A DNA stretch of 64,000 nt from a virus (Duplodnaviria > Heunggongvirae > Uroviricota > Caudoviricetes), in the IMG/VR virus record IMGVR_UViG_3300037512_000782, positions 1 to 64,000 of that record; one strand, written 5' to 3'. The notes beneath the pieces were generated by a model. It searched no databases. It saw nothing but the letters and a program-made list of their open reading frames with translations, and was not told where the DNA came from. Positions 18,049 through 27,525 of the stretch are shown in pieces; position 1 is the first letter of the stretch, and every line of letters starts with the position of its first letter. The position numbers and the translations under genes are program-made.

Positions 18049-18885
18049 TTATTTTCTGTTAAGCCACCGAGGGTCAAGAAACCCGGCAACATATCCATCT
18101 GGACATTCATAACAAAACTTATTTTTTATACCATTATTATACCAATGTTTACCCTTACTAGCAGCCCCTATTTTAGATCGTCGTACCTTTTCGGTTTCAG
18201 CATCAATTTTATTATTATGACCAGGGCGAAATCCTTGTGGACATTCTAAAGCAACGACATGCTGTACGCCATTTGTGTAATGATGTTTACCATACATGGG
18301 ATTATTTTCTTGAAATTTCGCTAACTGCGGACACTTCTTACCCTTATTCCAAGTAACCATGCCAGCCTCATACTTCGCTTTCAAGGTATCCGAAATCTTT
18401 TTTCGATACTCATCAGTAAAATCTCTATGCGGAATATCGATTAACCCAGCAGCATATTTAGCTTTTAACGTCGACGAAATTTTCTGACGACTTTCTTCCG
18501 AGAACGTATGCCCCTTTAGCGTTTCAGAGATGTATTCACTAGCAAGCTTCTGTATACATTCATATTCTCGACTCGAAATATAGCATAGTTCAGTTGCTCG
18601 ATACACTCCACATAACTGTCGCATCGCATACGCCATTTGACGTCCCGGATAGATTTTATACAATAATTTATGACATATAAAATGTTCACGAGCCGTCAAC
18701 GCAACTTTATTTTTACGAAGTCGAGCATATTGTGGAAATAACGACTTTGGCAATATGTGATGAAACTCATAATAATCACGACATATTTTCCGCTTTCTAA
18801 ATGAATAACTTGCTGGACGTAAGCCAGCCATCTGTTCATTCTTTGCACGTCGTATAATCTGTATATAAATATGTCGATAATTCAT
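18049..18885 (-). mobile_element. free-standing HNH homing endonuclease with NUMOD3-like repeats
   Basis: EFHHILPKS..LTAREHFICHKLL; HTFSEESRQKIS and FTDEYRKKIS repeats; WNKGK; AT-rich island. Confidence 0.88.
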
Positions 18886-18939
18886 TTCAATCGCCTACCA
18901 GATATAAAATTATTTCAAATTATATAAACTACATTAGCT

Positions 18940-19173
18940 ATGGCAAAAAAGAAACAGACACAGAACGAGCTCGAAGAGCAAGTAGAAACCGAAATTCCGT
19001 CAGTTGAACCGGAAGTGAAGGCTGCTGAGGTAGTTCAGCCCAAGGAAGCCCCAGTAACGGAAGCTCCGAAGCCGTCCACGCCAAAGAAGCGCATCCGCAT
19101 TCGCAAAAAGGCGACGAAAAAGCTTTCCGCCGCCATCATTTGCATGGATCCGTCTATTCAGCGCTTTATTTAA
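18940..19173 (+). CDS. small hypothetical protein (acidic then basic)
   Basis: ATAAACT at 18924 directly upstream. Confidence 0.7.
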   Translation: MAKKKQTQNELEEQVETEIPSVEPEVKAAEVVQPKEAPVTEAPKPSTPKKRIRIRKKATKKLSAAIICMDPSIQRFI

Positions 19174-19177
19174 CTAA

Positions 19178-19777
19178 TTAGCCATTCTGAAAGACTTGCG
19201 GCATTACGTCAGTTTCATCTTCTTCTGATTCGTCAGAGGCAGCTGGCTTCTGTTCATCGTACAGAGAGAACGGTTCAATTTGCTTGAACTCGATAGCGAG
19301 CGGCGAGATGAATTCCTTACCATCTTCGTCGATTTCGGTATGCTTCAAGTACAGTTCGTCGAAGCGCTTGTCGCCGTCGAGCTGTTTCTTTTCGAACACC
19401 AAGTTAGCTTCGAGATACCTCTGCACATACTTTTCACCAGTGACTGGATCCTTCAGCTTCTTCGTCTTGATGTTGACCGCGATCGACTTGAACTGAACAG
19501 GAACCACGTCTTCATAAATCTTGAGATTCATGCAGATATGATAATCGTCAAGAGCGTGGAAGCGCTTCGTGTTCGGGTCGTCGTCCACGTTACGGATAAC
19601 CTGGAGATTGGACACGGCATCGGTGGCCTTGCCCCAACTGGCGAGAGCGTCGAGGATGTCGTTGATCTCGTCCGTGTCGCTGCACTTAACATTCATGCGC
19701 TTGAATATTAAGCCCTTGCGCACTTCGGTCGAGTGTTTCATGATGACGCCGTTGATAGAGAATGAAAGCTGTGACAT
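19178..19777 (-). CDS. hypothetical protein
   Basis: AAGGA RBS; TGCTATATT motif upstream. Confidence 0.8.
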   Translation of the reverse strand: MSQLSFSINGVIMKHSTEVRKGLIFKRMNVKCSDTDEINDILDALASWGKATDAVSNLQVIRNVDDDPNTKRFHALDDYHICMNLKIYEDVVPVQFKSIAVNIKTKKLKDPVTGEKYVQRYLEANLVFEKKQLDGDKRFDELYLKHTEIDEDGKEFISPLAIEFKQIEPFSLYDEQKPAASDESEEDETDVMPQVFQNG

Positions 19778-19850
19778 AGTGATTTCCTTCTAAGTTAATG
19801 GCACACAATATAGCAAAGATTAGATAAACTTGCAAGTACGAGGTATTTTA

Positions 19851-20369
19851 ATGGCCGACTTGGTAAAAACACTACTGGAATCACACTCATCTGCCTTCAA
19901 CCAAGGGGTTGAAGCATTGTTCAATACGCTGTTCGAAGCCGCTGGGCCAGTCCCCGTCAATTCGCATGACGCGGTCGATATCCTCGCCCAGAAGGTTGGC
20001 GAGAACGTCCACAAGACCGAGAACGGCGCTGACATCGTAGGACTGGCTGCGCAAGCTGGCATGGGCGACAATCCGCTTCCTACCGACGAGGACAAGCTCG
20101 TCAACGCCATCAACAACGACGTGGCGCAGAATGTGGAAATTCCAGACCTTCCCACAGAGAAGGACATGCCGGGTCTTCCAGTTGGCGGAGGCCCAGCGGC
20201 CCAACAGCCAGAATCGCCAGAAATTGGCGGCGACCTTCCAGAAGACGACAACTCATTCGGTGACGAACCGTTCGAGGATGTTTCTGAGACGCCTCCGCCA
20301 GACGACTTCGAGCTTCCAGACATTCCGCTGGACGACATCGGAGGAGAAGAAATGGGAACAGACATGTAA
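19851..20369 (+). CDS. acidic hypothetical protein (probably late/virion)
   Basis: ATAAACT at 19824, GAGGT RBS, ATG at 19851. Confidence 0.8.
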   Translation: MADLVKTLLESHSSAFNQGVEALFNTLFEAAGPVPVNSHDAVDILAQKVGENVHKTENGADIVGLAAQAGMGDNPLPTDEDKLVNAINNDVAQNVEIPDLPTEKDMPGLPVGGGPAAQQPESPEIGGDLPEDDNSFGDEPFEDVSETPPPDDFELPDIPLDDIGGEEMGTDM

Positions 20370-20372
20370 GAC

Positions 20373-20397
20373 AAAGGCGACCATCTGGCCGCCTTTC
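20373..20397. terminator. bidirectional terminator
   Basis: AAAGGCG..CGCCTTT hairpin between convergent genes. Confidence 0.65.
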
Positions 20398-20398
20398 T

Positions 20399-21493
20399 TC
20401 ATATCTGCACGTGGTACTTCGCGTGTTTGTTCTTTTCCTTTCGCTTCTCCGCCTTGACGATTGCGCGTACCTCGTCCTCGGCCTCCTTCTCGCGGTTGTG
20501 GATTCGCTTCATAAGGGCCTTGCGGACATCCTTGTTGTATTCGAGGCGCTTCGGAGAAACATTACCTTCCTTGATGAACTTCTCGACATTGCCGATGACC
20601 TTGCCGACCTTCACTTCTTCGTCGTTCATCACGTTCAAGGCGTTAATACGAGCAGTCGTGTTTTCACGAGCGGTCTTCACGGATGCATCGATTCTATCCC
20701 AGATTCCGTACAAGCTGTCAAAGTGCTGCGTGATATAGGCGTTCAGTCCAGCCGGAGACATCGGCGATTGGTTGACTTGGCCTTCTGGAACCCAGCGGTC
20801 AGCCTTCCAAGACTTTCCTTCCACATGCACCGGGACGATCTTCAATCGACCGTCGGCGTTGACTTGGACGAGTGTCATGTGTTCGGCGTTGGCGGCCCAG
20901 TTGATGCACTTGCGCTTTTGGATGCCATGGTCGGAATATGCGAGGCTCACGGTTTCGTTGCACTGGAATACGACTCCCCAGTAATAGTCCTTCGTCTCGC
21001 TTGGCTGCAGTTCGGAAAGCTTCGTAGTATACATGTATCCATTACGGCGGCCACCCACTTCCTCGGTTTTCGAGTTCGTGTCTACCTTCCAGAACGTATT
21101 GATATTCGGCAGTCCGTGATACACTTGGGTTTCACAAATAGAACGAGCGTCGACTTCAGCTTGCATCAAGTCAATGTACCAGATTCCTTCCGGTTCCTCG
21201 ATAGGGTCTTTCGTATGGTAGAACAAGTTAAGCGTACCGTTAACAAAATTGATCCAGTCCTCGTCCTCGCACTGGAAGTCGAACTGACCAAACCATTCGG
21301 CGTACTTCTTCTGCGCTGCGGTAGGAAGCTGGATGACGCGAGAATACTTGTCGAAGTCATGAGGGTTGAAGCCGTCGTTGCGGCATTTGTTCATGATCCA
21401 AAAATCAAGGATGATGTCCTTGTGCGTATCCCACGTAATACCACCGTTGATATAGTTGATGAGACGGATTCCAGCAAGTTTCTTGGCTTTCAT
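20399..21493 (-). CDS. hypothetical protein
   Basis: GAGGG RBS; ATAAACT on the minus strand at 21517-21523. Confidence 0.8.
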   Translation of the reverse strand: MKAKKLAGIRLINYINGGITWDTHKDIILDFWIMNKCRNDGFNPHDFDKYSRVIQLPTAAQKKYAEWFGQFDFQCEDEDWINFVNGTLNLFYHTKDPIEEPEGIWYIDLMQAEVDARSICETQVYHGLPNINTFWKVDTNSKTEEVGGRRNGYMYTTKLSELQPSETKDYYWGVVFQCNETVSLAYSDHGIQKRKCINWAANAEHMTLVQVNADGRLKIVPVHVEGKSWKADRWVPEGQVNQSPMSPAGLNAYITQHFDSLYGIWDRIDASVKTARENTTARINALNVMNDEEVKVGKVIGNVEKFIKEGNVSPKRLEYNKDVRKALMKRIHNREKEAEDEVRAIVKAEKRKEKNKHAKYHVQI

Positions 21494-21585
21494 GCGATGA
21501 CCCTCGTTATGACATCAGTTTATCGAATTCGGTTTCAAGCAAAACCGATAAACTATGTTCTAAAGTTCACAATTACAGGTGCATC

Positions 21586-22467
21586 ATGTACGAACTATTC
21601 GATTTACCCAACGAGAAGGAACTCGCCCAGATCATGCTTGAAGGCGCGAAGAAGGCAAAGAGCGAATCCAGCGTCGTTGACACCAAGGATATCTTTCCGT
21701 TCTGGACTCCGCCAGGTTCAGCAAAGAAGAACGTCGCTTCGCCGGACAAGACTGGCGCAGTGAAGGTAAAGCCAGCTGACTTCAAGGCAGTCGACACGGC
21801 TACCGCATGGCATGAATTCCTCGGCAACCTCAAGAAGTCCACTACGCACAACGCCAAGGATTCTGGCAGCTTCGGCACAGTCACCGTCGAAAATGGCAAG
21901 TCCGTTCCGAAGCCGGATGACCTCATCGGCAAGGTGAAGGCCCTCAAGGAAACTCAAGTTACCGACATGTCCGGAAAGACCAAGGCAACTACCGAAGAAC
22001 TCGGCGTGTTCAAGGAAATGGTCAAGTCCAACGCTGCAGAGCCGAATAAGGACAAGCTCGTCGGAATCGTCAAGCCGAAGACCGCTCTCGGCACTATCGC
22101 CAAGAAGCCGAAGTTCGACGTTGACGCAAGCGCCACGGTCGAAGTCAAGAACGAAATCCCGGCAATCAAGGACGTTGCGAACAAGATGTCTCCAGACAAG
22201 ACTGGAGCCGTCAAGGTGAAGCCAGCCGTAGACATCAAGGGCATCAAGTCCATCAAGGACGCTGAAAAGCCGGAGCTCTACGACAACAACACCAAGCCGC
22301 AGTACGTCACCGTCGAGAACGGCCAGAAGGTTCCTACCGCTCCGTTCAAGAAGGACACTCGTGTTGACGGCTCCGCAGTGACTGGCGCTAACAAGAAGAC
22401 CGCCACTGCAATGACTCCGGACAAGACTGGCGCTGTCAAGCCCCAGAAGCTCGTAACGGCAAAGTAA
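21586..22467 (+). CDS. Lys-rich protein with PDKTGAVK repeats
   Basis: ATAAACT at 21548; three (S/T)PDKTGAVK copies and two VTVENG copies. Confidence 0.85.
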   Translation: MYELFDLPNEKELAQIMLEGAKKAKSESSVVDTKDIFPFWTPPGSAKKNVASPDKTGAVKVKPADFKAVDTATAWHEFLGNLKKSTTHNAKDSGSFGTVTVENGKSVPKPDDLIGKVKALKETQVTDMSGKTKATTEELGVFKEMVKSNAAEPNKDKLVGIVKPKTALGTIAKKPKFDVDASATVEVKNEIPAIKDVANKMSPDKTGAVKVKPAVDIKGIKSIKDAEKPELYDNNTKPQYVTVENGQKVPTAPFKKDTRVDGSAVTGANKKTATAMTPDKTGAVKPQKLVTAK

Positions 22468-22468
22468 T

Positions 22469-23155
22469 ATGGCAAAGACAGATCCTTACTACGACGAATA
22501 TGCCAGAAGGTTAATGAGAAACCCAGTCCCTGTTCATCAAGGGTTTCTCCGCCTTCGCATTTCCGAACTTCCGGTCAACTACCAGGAGCGTCGTAAGTCT
22601 GTTACCGAGCCATACACGACCGATGCCCAAGAGACGATCAACGCGAACATCAAGGATTGGGTATGCCCTGGACTTACGTGCGCTCTCGCTAAAGAAGGCC
22701 ACTACAAGTTCGTCACGAGGATACCTACCCAAGAGGATAACCAGTATGACGACACCATAACGGTGAACATGCTGGCCGACAACCGTTGGGAGAACTATTG
22801 GGCAATCAACCGATACATGGACGTAGTGCAGAGCGGCCAGACCGACGCCGACCCAGTCAGGGACATCCGTCACCGTGTCTACGGCATCGACCACAGATAC
22901 CGCAACCGCCTCACTTACATCCAGTGGATCGACATGCACTTCGCCGACGACGTAGCGCAAGAGTACATGGTTGTAAGGTTGGAACGCTGCAGAATCGCAG
23001 CACTCAGCCAGATGAACCTCAAGCCGGGAAGCATCGAGCCAGCCTCTTTCAACCTATCTATCAACTACGAAATCCGTCGAATCATCCGCATGCCAGACCC
23101 TAACGAACTGATGAACGCAATCTGTATCGCCCAAGGCGCAGACTCCTACTACTAG
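22469..23155 (+). CDS. tail tube terminator-like protein (T4 gp3-like)
   Basis: CPGLT..YDDTITVNMLADNRWENYWAINRYM pattern resembles the gp3/tube fold. Confidence 0.55.
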   Translation: MAKTDPYYDEYARRLMRNPVPVHQGFLRLRISELPVNYQERRKSVTEPYTTDAQETINANIKDWVCPGLTCALAKEGHYKFVTRIPTQEDNQYDDTITVNMLADNRWENYWAINRYMDVVQSGQTDADPVRDIRHRVYGIDHRYRNRLTYIQWIDMHFADDVAQEYMVVRLERCRIAALSQMNLKPGSIEPASFNLSINYEIRRIIRMPDPNELMNAICIAQGADSYY

Positions 23156-23164
23156 AGGTAACCC

Positions 23165-24157
23165 ATGGCCGACAAGAATAAAAATTACCAGCAAGGAACT
23201 TCGTCTGGGATCGACTCGTCCCATGACGCTATGCTCGCCTTCTACATGGAAAAGTTCTATGCGGCAGCACGTGGCCACCTTGTCAACAAGTACCACGTAG
23301 GGTTCTGGGGAGACTACGTCGCCGAGGCGTTGCGCATAATGGACAGAAACTCGTACTCGGACAAGTATTCTCTGACCAACACCAAGACGTTCAAGAACAC
23401 TACGGACGCTTGGCTGAAGGCTGCGTTCAACCAGTGGGCCGACCTTTTCTACGACCGCGACACCCACGTACTCAACATGTACTGGGCGGCGACTTCGGTC
23501 AAGATTGGCGAGGCACAGTCCAACACCGTTCCGGTCGCCGGACTCGATACCACTAAAGGCATGAAGTATCCGCTTATCCAAGGCGACAAGGGCCCTCAAA
23601 CTCTTACGCTTACGATAGTGGACGATCCGTATATGATGTGGTATCAATTTTTCAATGCTCTGTACAATGCACAGTTCAGTCCACTCGTACTGAAGACTCG
23701 TAGCACTTGGCACAAGATCAATATCGCCGTAGACCTTTATTCCGACGCCACGACCATCATGCGCAGCAGCAATGGCCAGCTGGCTACCGAAGCCGGGCCT
23801 TACATCACCGATATCAGCCTTAACCAGATGTACGAATTCAACTCGTCGGTTCTGACGAAAGCACCTGACATGAAGATGGGGTTCACCGAGGACAAGCCGT
23901 TCACCTTCACGGTATCATTCCAATATCCAAACGCTTTCCAAGGCACCTTCAAGCAACAGCTCCGCTACTTGCGCGACAATACGTGCGACGGTACTGACGT
24001 GACCGCGTACGACGCCGTAAACAAGCGTCTGAAGAAGCAGTTCTTCGAGGACGACTACAGCAGACTGAAAGCTTCAAAGGGCGTCTACGAGGCGTTCAAC
24101 GAGAAGGAATACTACAGCGAATACAGTCAACGGTACTTCACTTCAAAGAATTCATAA
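23165..24157 (+). CDS. tail-tube-fold baseplate protein (gp54-like)
   Basis: TLTLTIVDDPYMMWYQFFN and FTFTVSFQY tube-fold patterns; tail gene context. Confidence 0.5.
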   Translation: MADKNKNYQQGTSSGIDSSHDAMLAFYMEKFYAAARGHLVNKYHVGFWGDYVAEALRIMDRNSYSDKYSLTNTKTFKNTTDAWLKAAFNQWADLFYDRDTHVLNMYWAATSVKIGEAQSNTVPVAGLDTTKGMKYPLIQGDKGPQTLTLTIVDDPYMMWYQFFNALYNAQFSPLVLKTRSTWHKINIAVDLYSDATTIMRSSNGQLATEAGPYITDISLNQMYEFNSSVLTKAPDMKMGFTEDKPFTFTVSFQYPNAFQGTFKQQLRYLRDNTCDGTDVTAYDAVNKRLKKQFFEDDYSRLKASKGVYEAFNEKEYYSEYSQRYFTSKNS

Positions 24158-24182
24158 AAAAGGCGGCCAGATGGCCGCTTTT
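24156..24182. terminator. bidirectional terminator
   Basis: AAAAAAGGCGGCCA GA TGGCCGCTTTT. Confidence 0.7.
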
Positions 24183-24183
24183 C

Positions 24184-25224
24184 TCATTTGATCATCGTAA
24201 TGACTCGCTGGTTGATATCCAGTATCTTGTTCTTGCCGTAGAACTTTATCATGTTCGCGTAGGTGTTGTACATCTTCGCATTAGTCCTCGTTAGCGGCAG
24301 TTCAGAGATAAAGTCATTGTAGATTGTCGTCATGTGAGTGGCGGTCAGCTTGTAGGCCATCTTCCCGATGACGTTGACGCCCCAGAAATCCTCGACCAGC
24401 GGCGTATAGAAGATACCGTCGCCAGCGGCGGAAATGGCAGAAGGAATCTTGACCGGATCCACCGACATCCTCACTCGGTCGAACATTCCGCAGATGTAGT
24501 TCATGTAGGAGTCTATACGGTTGTCCATGACAACCAGAGTCTCTGGGAACTCCTTGTCCATAATCATCTTGCTACAGACCTTGCCGGAGACCGGAACCAC
24601 TTCGATACCCTCGGCGGCAAGAATGTCGTTACAGATTGACTCGAAGGATGTCTTGGGCTTGTAGAAAGTCTCGGTGTACGGAACTTCGAGAAGGTCGAAG
24701 GAATACTCGTATCCGTAGCCGATCATCGTCAGCTTGGATACGTTGATGCCGCGCCAGCGAGTAGTACTGAGAGCCTTGCCGAAGGTATCGACGAACTTCT
24801 TCGGCATACCGTTCTTCATTGCCGTAATCAGCTTCGAAGGAGTATTGCCCTTGTCCGCGTGGAGCTTGGCGATAGGATCCTTTCTGAATGCGTCGCACAC
24901 TTCCTTCCATTCGGACTCGTCCTCGAACGAGTTCTTGTTGAGAGGGAACGCGATTACTCCGTTCTTGGTATTCTTGAGCTTCACCTTGTCATAAGGGATG
25001 TACAGATGGCGCGGATTATGGTACTTCTCGAACTCCAGCTTGATAGGAGAAATGGCGTCAAGCATTTCGACGGTGCGAGCGCTCACCATGTCCTTGTAGG
25101 TGTCGAGCGGTTCGCCCAGCCTAGCCGTAGCCAAGAAATGAACATTTTCACCGTTGAGCTTACGGCGAACTGCTTCAATTACAGAATCAAGGCTGTAGCC
25201 AATTATGTAAGTTTCATTACTCAT
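24184..25224 (-). CDS. degenerate UDP-galactopyranose mutase (Glf)-like protein
   Basis: Collinear resemblance to Glf (FPLNKNSF, TTRWRG, PKTSFESICNDIL, IDSYMNY, NAKMYNTY), but the GxGxxG position reads GYSLDS. Confidence 0.6.
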   Translation of the reverse strand: MSNETYIIGYSLDSVIEAVRRKLNGENVHFLATARLGEPLDTYKDMVSARTVEMLDAISPIKLEFEKYHNPRHLYIPYDKVKLKNTKNGVIAFPLNKNSFEDESEWKEVCDAFRKDPIAKLHADKGNTPSKLITAMKNGMPKKFVDTFGKALSTTRWRGINVSKLTMIGYGYEYSFDLLEVPYTETFYKPKTSFESICNDILAAEGIEVVPVSGKVCSKMIMDKEFPETLVVMDNRIDSYMNYICGMFDRVRMSVDPVKIPSAISAAGDGIFYTPLVEDFWGVNVIGKMAYKLTATHMTTIYNDFISELPLTRTNAKMYNTYANMIKFYGKNKILDINQRVITMIK

Positions 25225-25649
25225 GCAATTTTTCCGTCAGCTTGAATGAAGGGAAGCACGTACTGTTCCAGCCACTTCGCGCCGGGGAACTCGAACAAGA
25301 TATCGAGTATTCGGCACTTCTCGTCGGCAAACACGACCGCTGGCAACTTGTTCATGCCCAAGTCCGTATAGATCAAGTTCTTGAGCGGTTCTGGTTCAAC
25401 CACCGTGCGGACGCAGCGCACCGGGTCGTCGAAAAGGTTGTACTTGTTGAACCAAGCGAACATGTCGCTGAAACTCTGCTTGCAAGTGGGACACATATTG
25501 TTCTCATCATAGAACAGGAACACCCACATCACCACACGCTGACGCTTCTTGACGTCGCTATAGGCGTCTTGACCATACTCCAGTAGTCGCTGGCTCAAGG
25601 GCTTATATTCGCCGCTGATAAATACGCCATCGCTGCAACAGACCGACAT
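25221..25649 (-). CDS. thioredoxin-like protein
   Basis: FLFY..CPTCK, then LGMNKLPAVVF cis-Pro segment. Confidence 0.75.
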   Translation of the reverse strand: MSVCCSDGVFISGEYKPLSQRLLEYGQDAYSDVKKRQRVVMWVFLFYDENNMCPTCKQSFSDMFAWFNKYNLFDDPVRCVRTVVEPEPLKNLIYTDLGMNKLPAVVFADEKCRILDILFEFPGAKWLEQYVLPFIQADGKIA

Positions 25650-25807
25650 CGCTGTCACCTTCCAAAGTTAATGTTTAAATTACATCTTTTTGAGAAGAAC
25701 GCGCCAAGAAACATGCCACACAGCGCCGCTATGCGCTTGGGAACCTTTTATGTTGCGTATGATAGAAAAATAAATATATAAACTACTAAAGAATAAAACT
25801 TCGAACC

Positions 25808-26968
25808 ATGTTTCAACGCGCCTACAACGTCAGACTGTATCCTAGCAAGCAGCAAGAAGTCTTGCTATGTAAAACTTTCGGCTGCTGCCGTAAGGTATAC
25901 AACTGCATGTTGGAAGCAAAGATAAAGTCGTATGAGGCAACCGGAACGATGTGTCGGTCTAAGCCGACAGATTTCTATGCCGAGTTTCCTTTCTTGAAGG
26001 AAGTCGACGCACAAGCGTTGACTTCCGAGAAGATTAACTTGCAAGCTGCGTTCAAGAACTTCTTCGCTCGAAAGGCCGACGGATTCGGCTTTCCGCAGTT
26101 CAAGTCGAAACATAAAGACAAGGATTCGTATACCAGTTATACAACCAATCACAATATTCGAGTAGAAGGCAAGAAACTCCGCCTACCGAAGGTAGGATTA
26201 GTTTCCTTCCGCAACTACGAAGATATCGACTGGTCTGCAAGGGACATTAAACACGTGACAGTGACACGGTCACGTGCCGGAAAGTACTATGCGTCGATCC
26301 TAGTCGAGGAAGCTGTGCCGAAAGCACTGCCGATGTCCGAATCAGAAATCGGAATCGACCTCGGCATTAAAGACTTCTGCGTTACCAGCGACTGCGAAGC
26401 CGTCGCGAACCCTCAGTTCTTCAAGGAAGCCGAAAATCGCATCGCTGGCCTTCAGCAAGCTTTCGCCAAGAAGCAGAAAGGTTCAAAAAGACGCGAGGCG
26501 TTGCGCTTGCGCATAGCTCGCGAACATGAAAAAGTTGCTAACCGAAGGAAGGATTTCCTTGACAAGCTGTCTACAAGACTGATCCGCGAGAACCAAACGG
26601 TTGTAGTCGAAGATTTGGACGTGCGCGAGGTCGCCGAAGGCGACCACGCGAAGTCCGAGCATGATACAGCGTGGAGGATGTTCCTGAACAAACTACAGTA
26701 CAAGGCTGAATGGTACGGACGAACCATTGTCCGAGTCGGGCGATGGTTCCCCTCAACTCAACTTTGTCATCGATGTAGTTACAGGAATATGTTGACCAAG
26801 GACTTAAACGTAAGGTCGTGGACATGTCCGCATTGCGGCACATCCCACGACCGCGACGTCAATGCCGCCATCAACATTCTTAATGAAGGTAAAAGATTAA
26901 TCGCCGCAGGGACTGCGGTTAAAGGCGCGGGAAACAACGATACGCAACGCGAAATTCACCGTATTTAG
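25808..26968 (+). CDS. tnpB: RNA-guided endonuclease TnpB (solo, no tnpA)
   Basis: AYNVRLYP HTH; RuvC motifs GIDLG, VEDL, DRDVNAAINI intact; CHRC/CPHC zinc finger. Confidence 0.96.
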   Translation: MFQRAYNVRLYPSKQQEVLLCKTFGCCRKVYNCMLEAKIKSYEATGTMCRSKPTDFYAEFPFLKEVDAQALTSEKINLQAAFKNFFARKADGFGFPQFKSKHKDKDSYTSYTTNHNIRVEGKKLRLPKVGLVSFRNYEDIDWSARDIKHVTVTRSRAGKYYASILVEEAVPKALPMSESEIGIDLGIKDFCVTSDCEAVANPQFFKEAENRIAGLQQAFAKKQKGSKRREALRLRIAREHEKVANRRKDFLDKLSTRLIRENQTVVVEDLDVREVAEGDHAKSEHDTAWRMFLNKLQYKAEWYGRTIVRVGRWFPSTQLCHRCSYRNMLTKDLNVRSWTCPHCGTSHDRDVNAAINILNEGKRLIAAGTAVKGAGNNDTQREIHRI

Positions 26969-27000
26969 GCGGTGCATAGTTCATATAATTGTCGATGAAT
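26900..27000 (+). ncRNA. putative TnpB omegaRNA/reRNA and element right end
   Basis: GCCGCAG-GGA-CTGCGGT hairpin, CACCG..TTTAGG..CGGTG terminal hairpin, TAGTTCA end; downstream flank would be the guide. Confidence 0.6.
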
Positions 27001-27517
27001 CAAACAATTTTCCGGTATTTTTCTCGGTCGCTATGAACCAGTTGACCCCATGCATCCTACACCATTCGGAGGCGGCCTCCCATTTGGCTAGGTTCACGAT
27101 AACGTCCATGACCTTCTGGTCGTAGTTGGCCTTGCGCTTGTTGTAGCGCTCAAAGGCTGCAGCGTCCGACCCAGCCTTGGGCGGCTGGGGCATCTTGGGC
27201 TGGACAGCGTACGAAGTCGGCTTAACCTCTATGAGCCAGCGGTTGACCTTCGTAGCGCCTTCCGGAAGAATCTCCAAGTAGATGTCCGGATGATAGATGG
27301 ACACTCGGCCATACTTCGGAGACATGTAGGGAATCTCGAACACCTTCGGTTCATAGGCCCAGAAGGTGATGCGAGGGTTGGTATCGCACACCACGAATAT
27401 CTTGCGCTCCCACGCGGACTTGTAGTACGGCATGGGCAGATTGGGCATGTACTTCTCTGGATGCAACAGATTGTAACGACCCTTGTGGCAGTCAGTGTAA
27501 TAGTTATGCTTCGCCAT
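26981..27517 (-). CDS. head completion nuclease (T4 gp4/TnsA-like)
   Basis: YKSAWE..CD.NP....WAYEP..IPY..YHPD..LIEVKP..VNLAKWEAA..F..TE. Confidence 0.88.
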   Translation of the reverse strand: MAKHNYYTDCHKGRYNLLHPEKYMPNLPMPYYKSAWERKIFVVCDTNPRITFWAYEPKVFEIPYMSPKYGRVSIYHPDIYLEILPEGATKVNRWLIEVKPTSYAVQPKMPQPPKAGSDAAAFERYNKRKANYDQKVMDVIVNLAKWEAASEWCRMHGVNWFIATEKNTGKLFDSSTII

Positions 27518-27525
27518 GCAGCCTC

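Noticed and set aside
18039-18110. N-terminal extension of RtcB given in the ORF track
   Set aside because: Overlaps the HNH gene; a better ATG with GGAGG lies at 18038
25752-26948. 9-bp inverted match GTTGCGTAT/ATACGCAAC flanking tnpB as terminal inverted repeats
   Set aside because: Too short to exclude chance, and IS200/IS605 elements do not use TIRs
26981-27517. TnsA-like nuclease next to tnpB as a Tn7-like RNA-guided transposon
   Set aside because: Sequence matches T4 gp4 head completion protein at the end of the baseplate operon; no tnsB, tnsC or tniQ present
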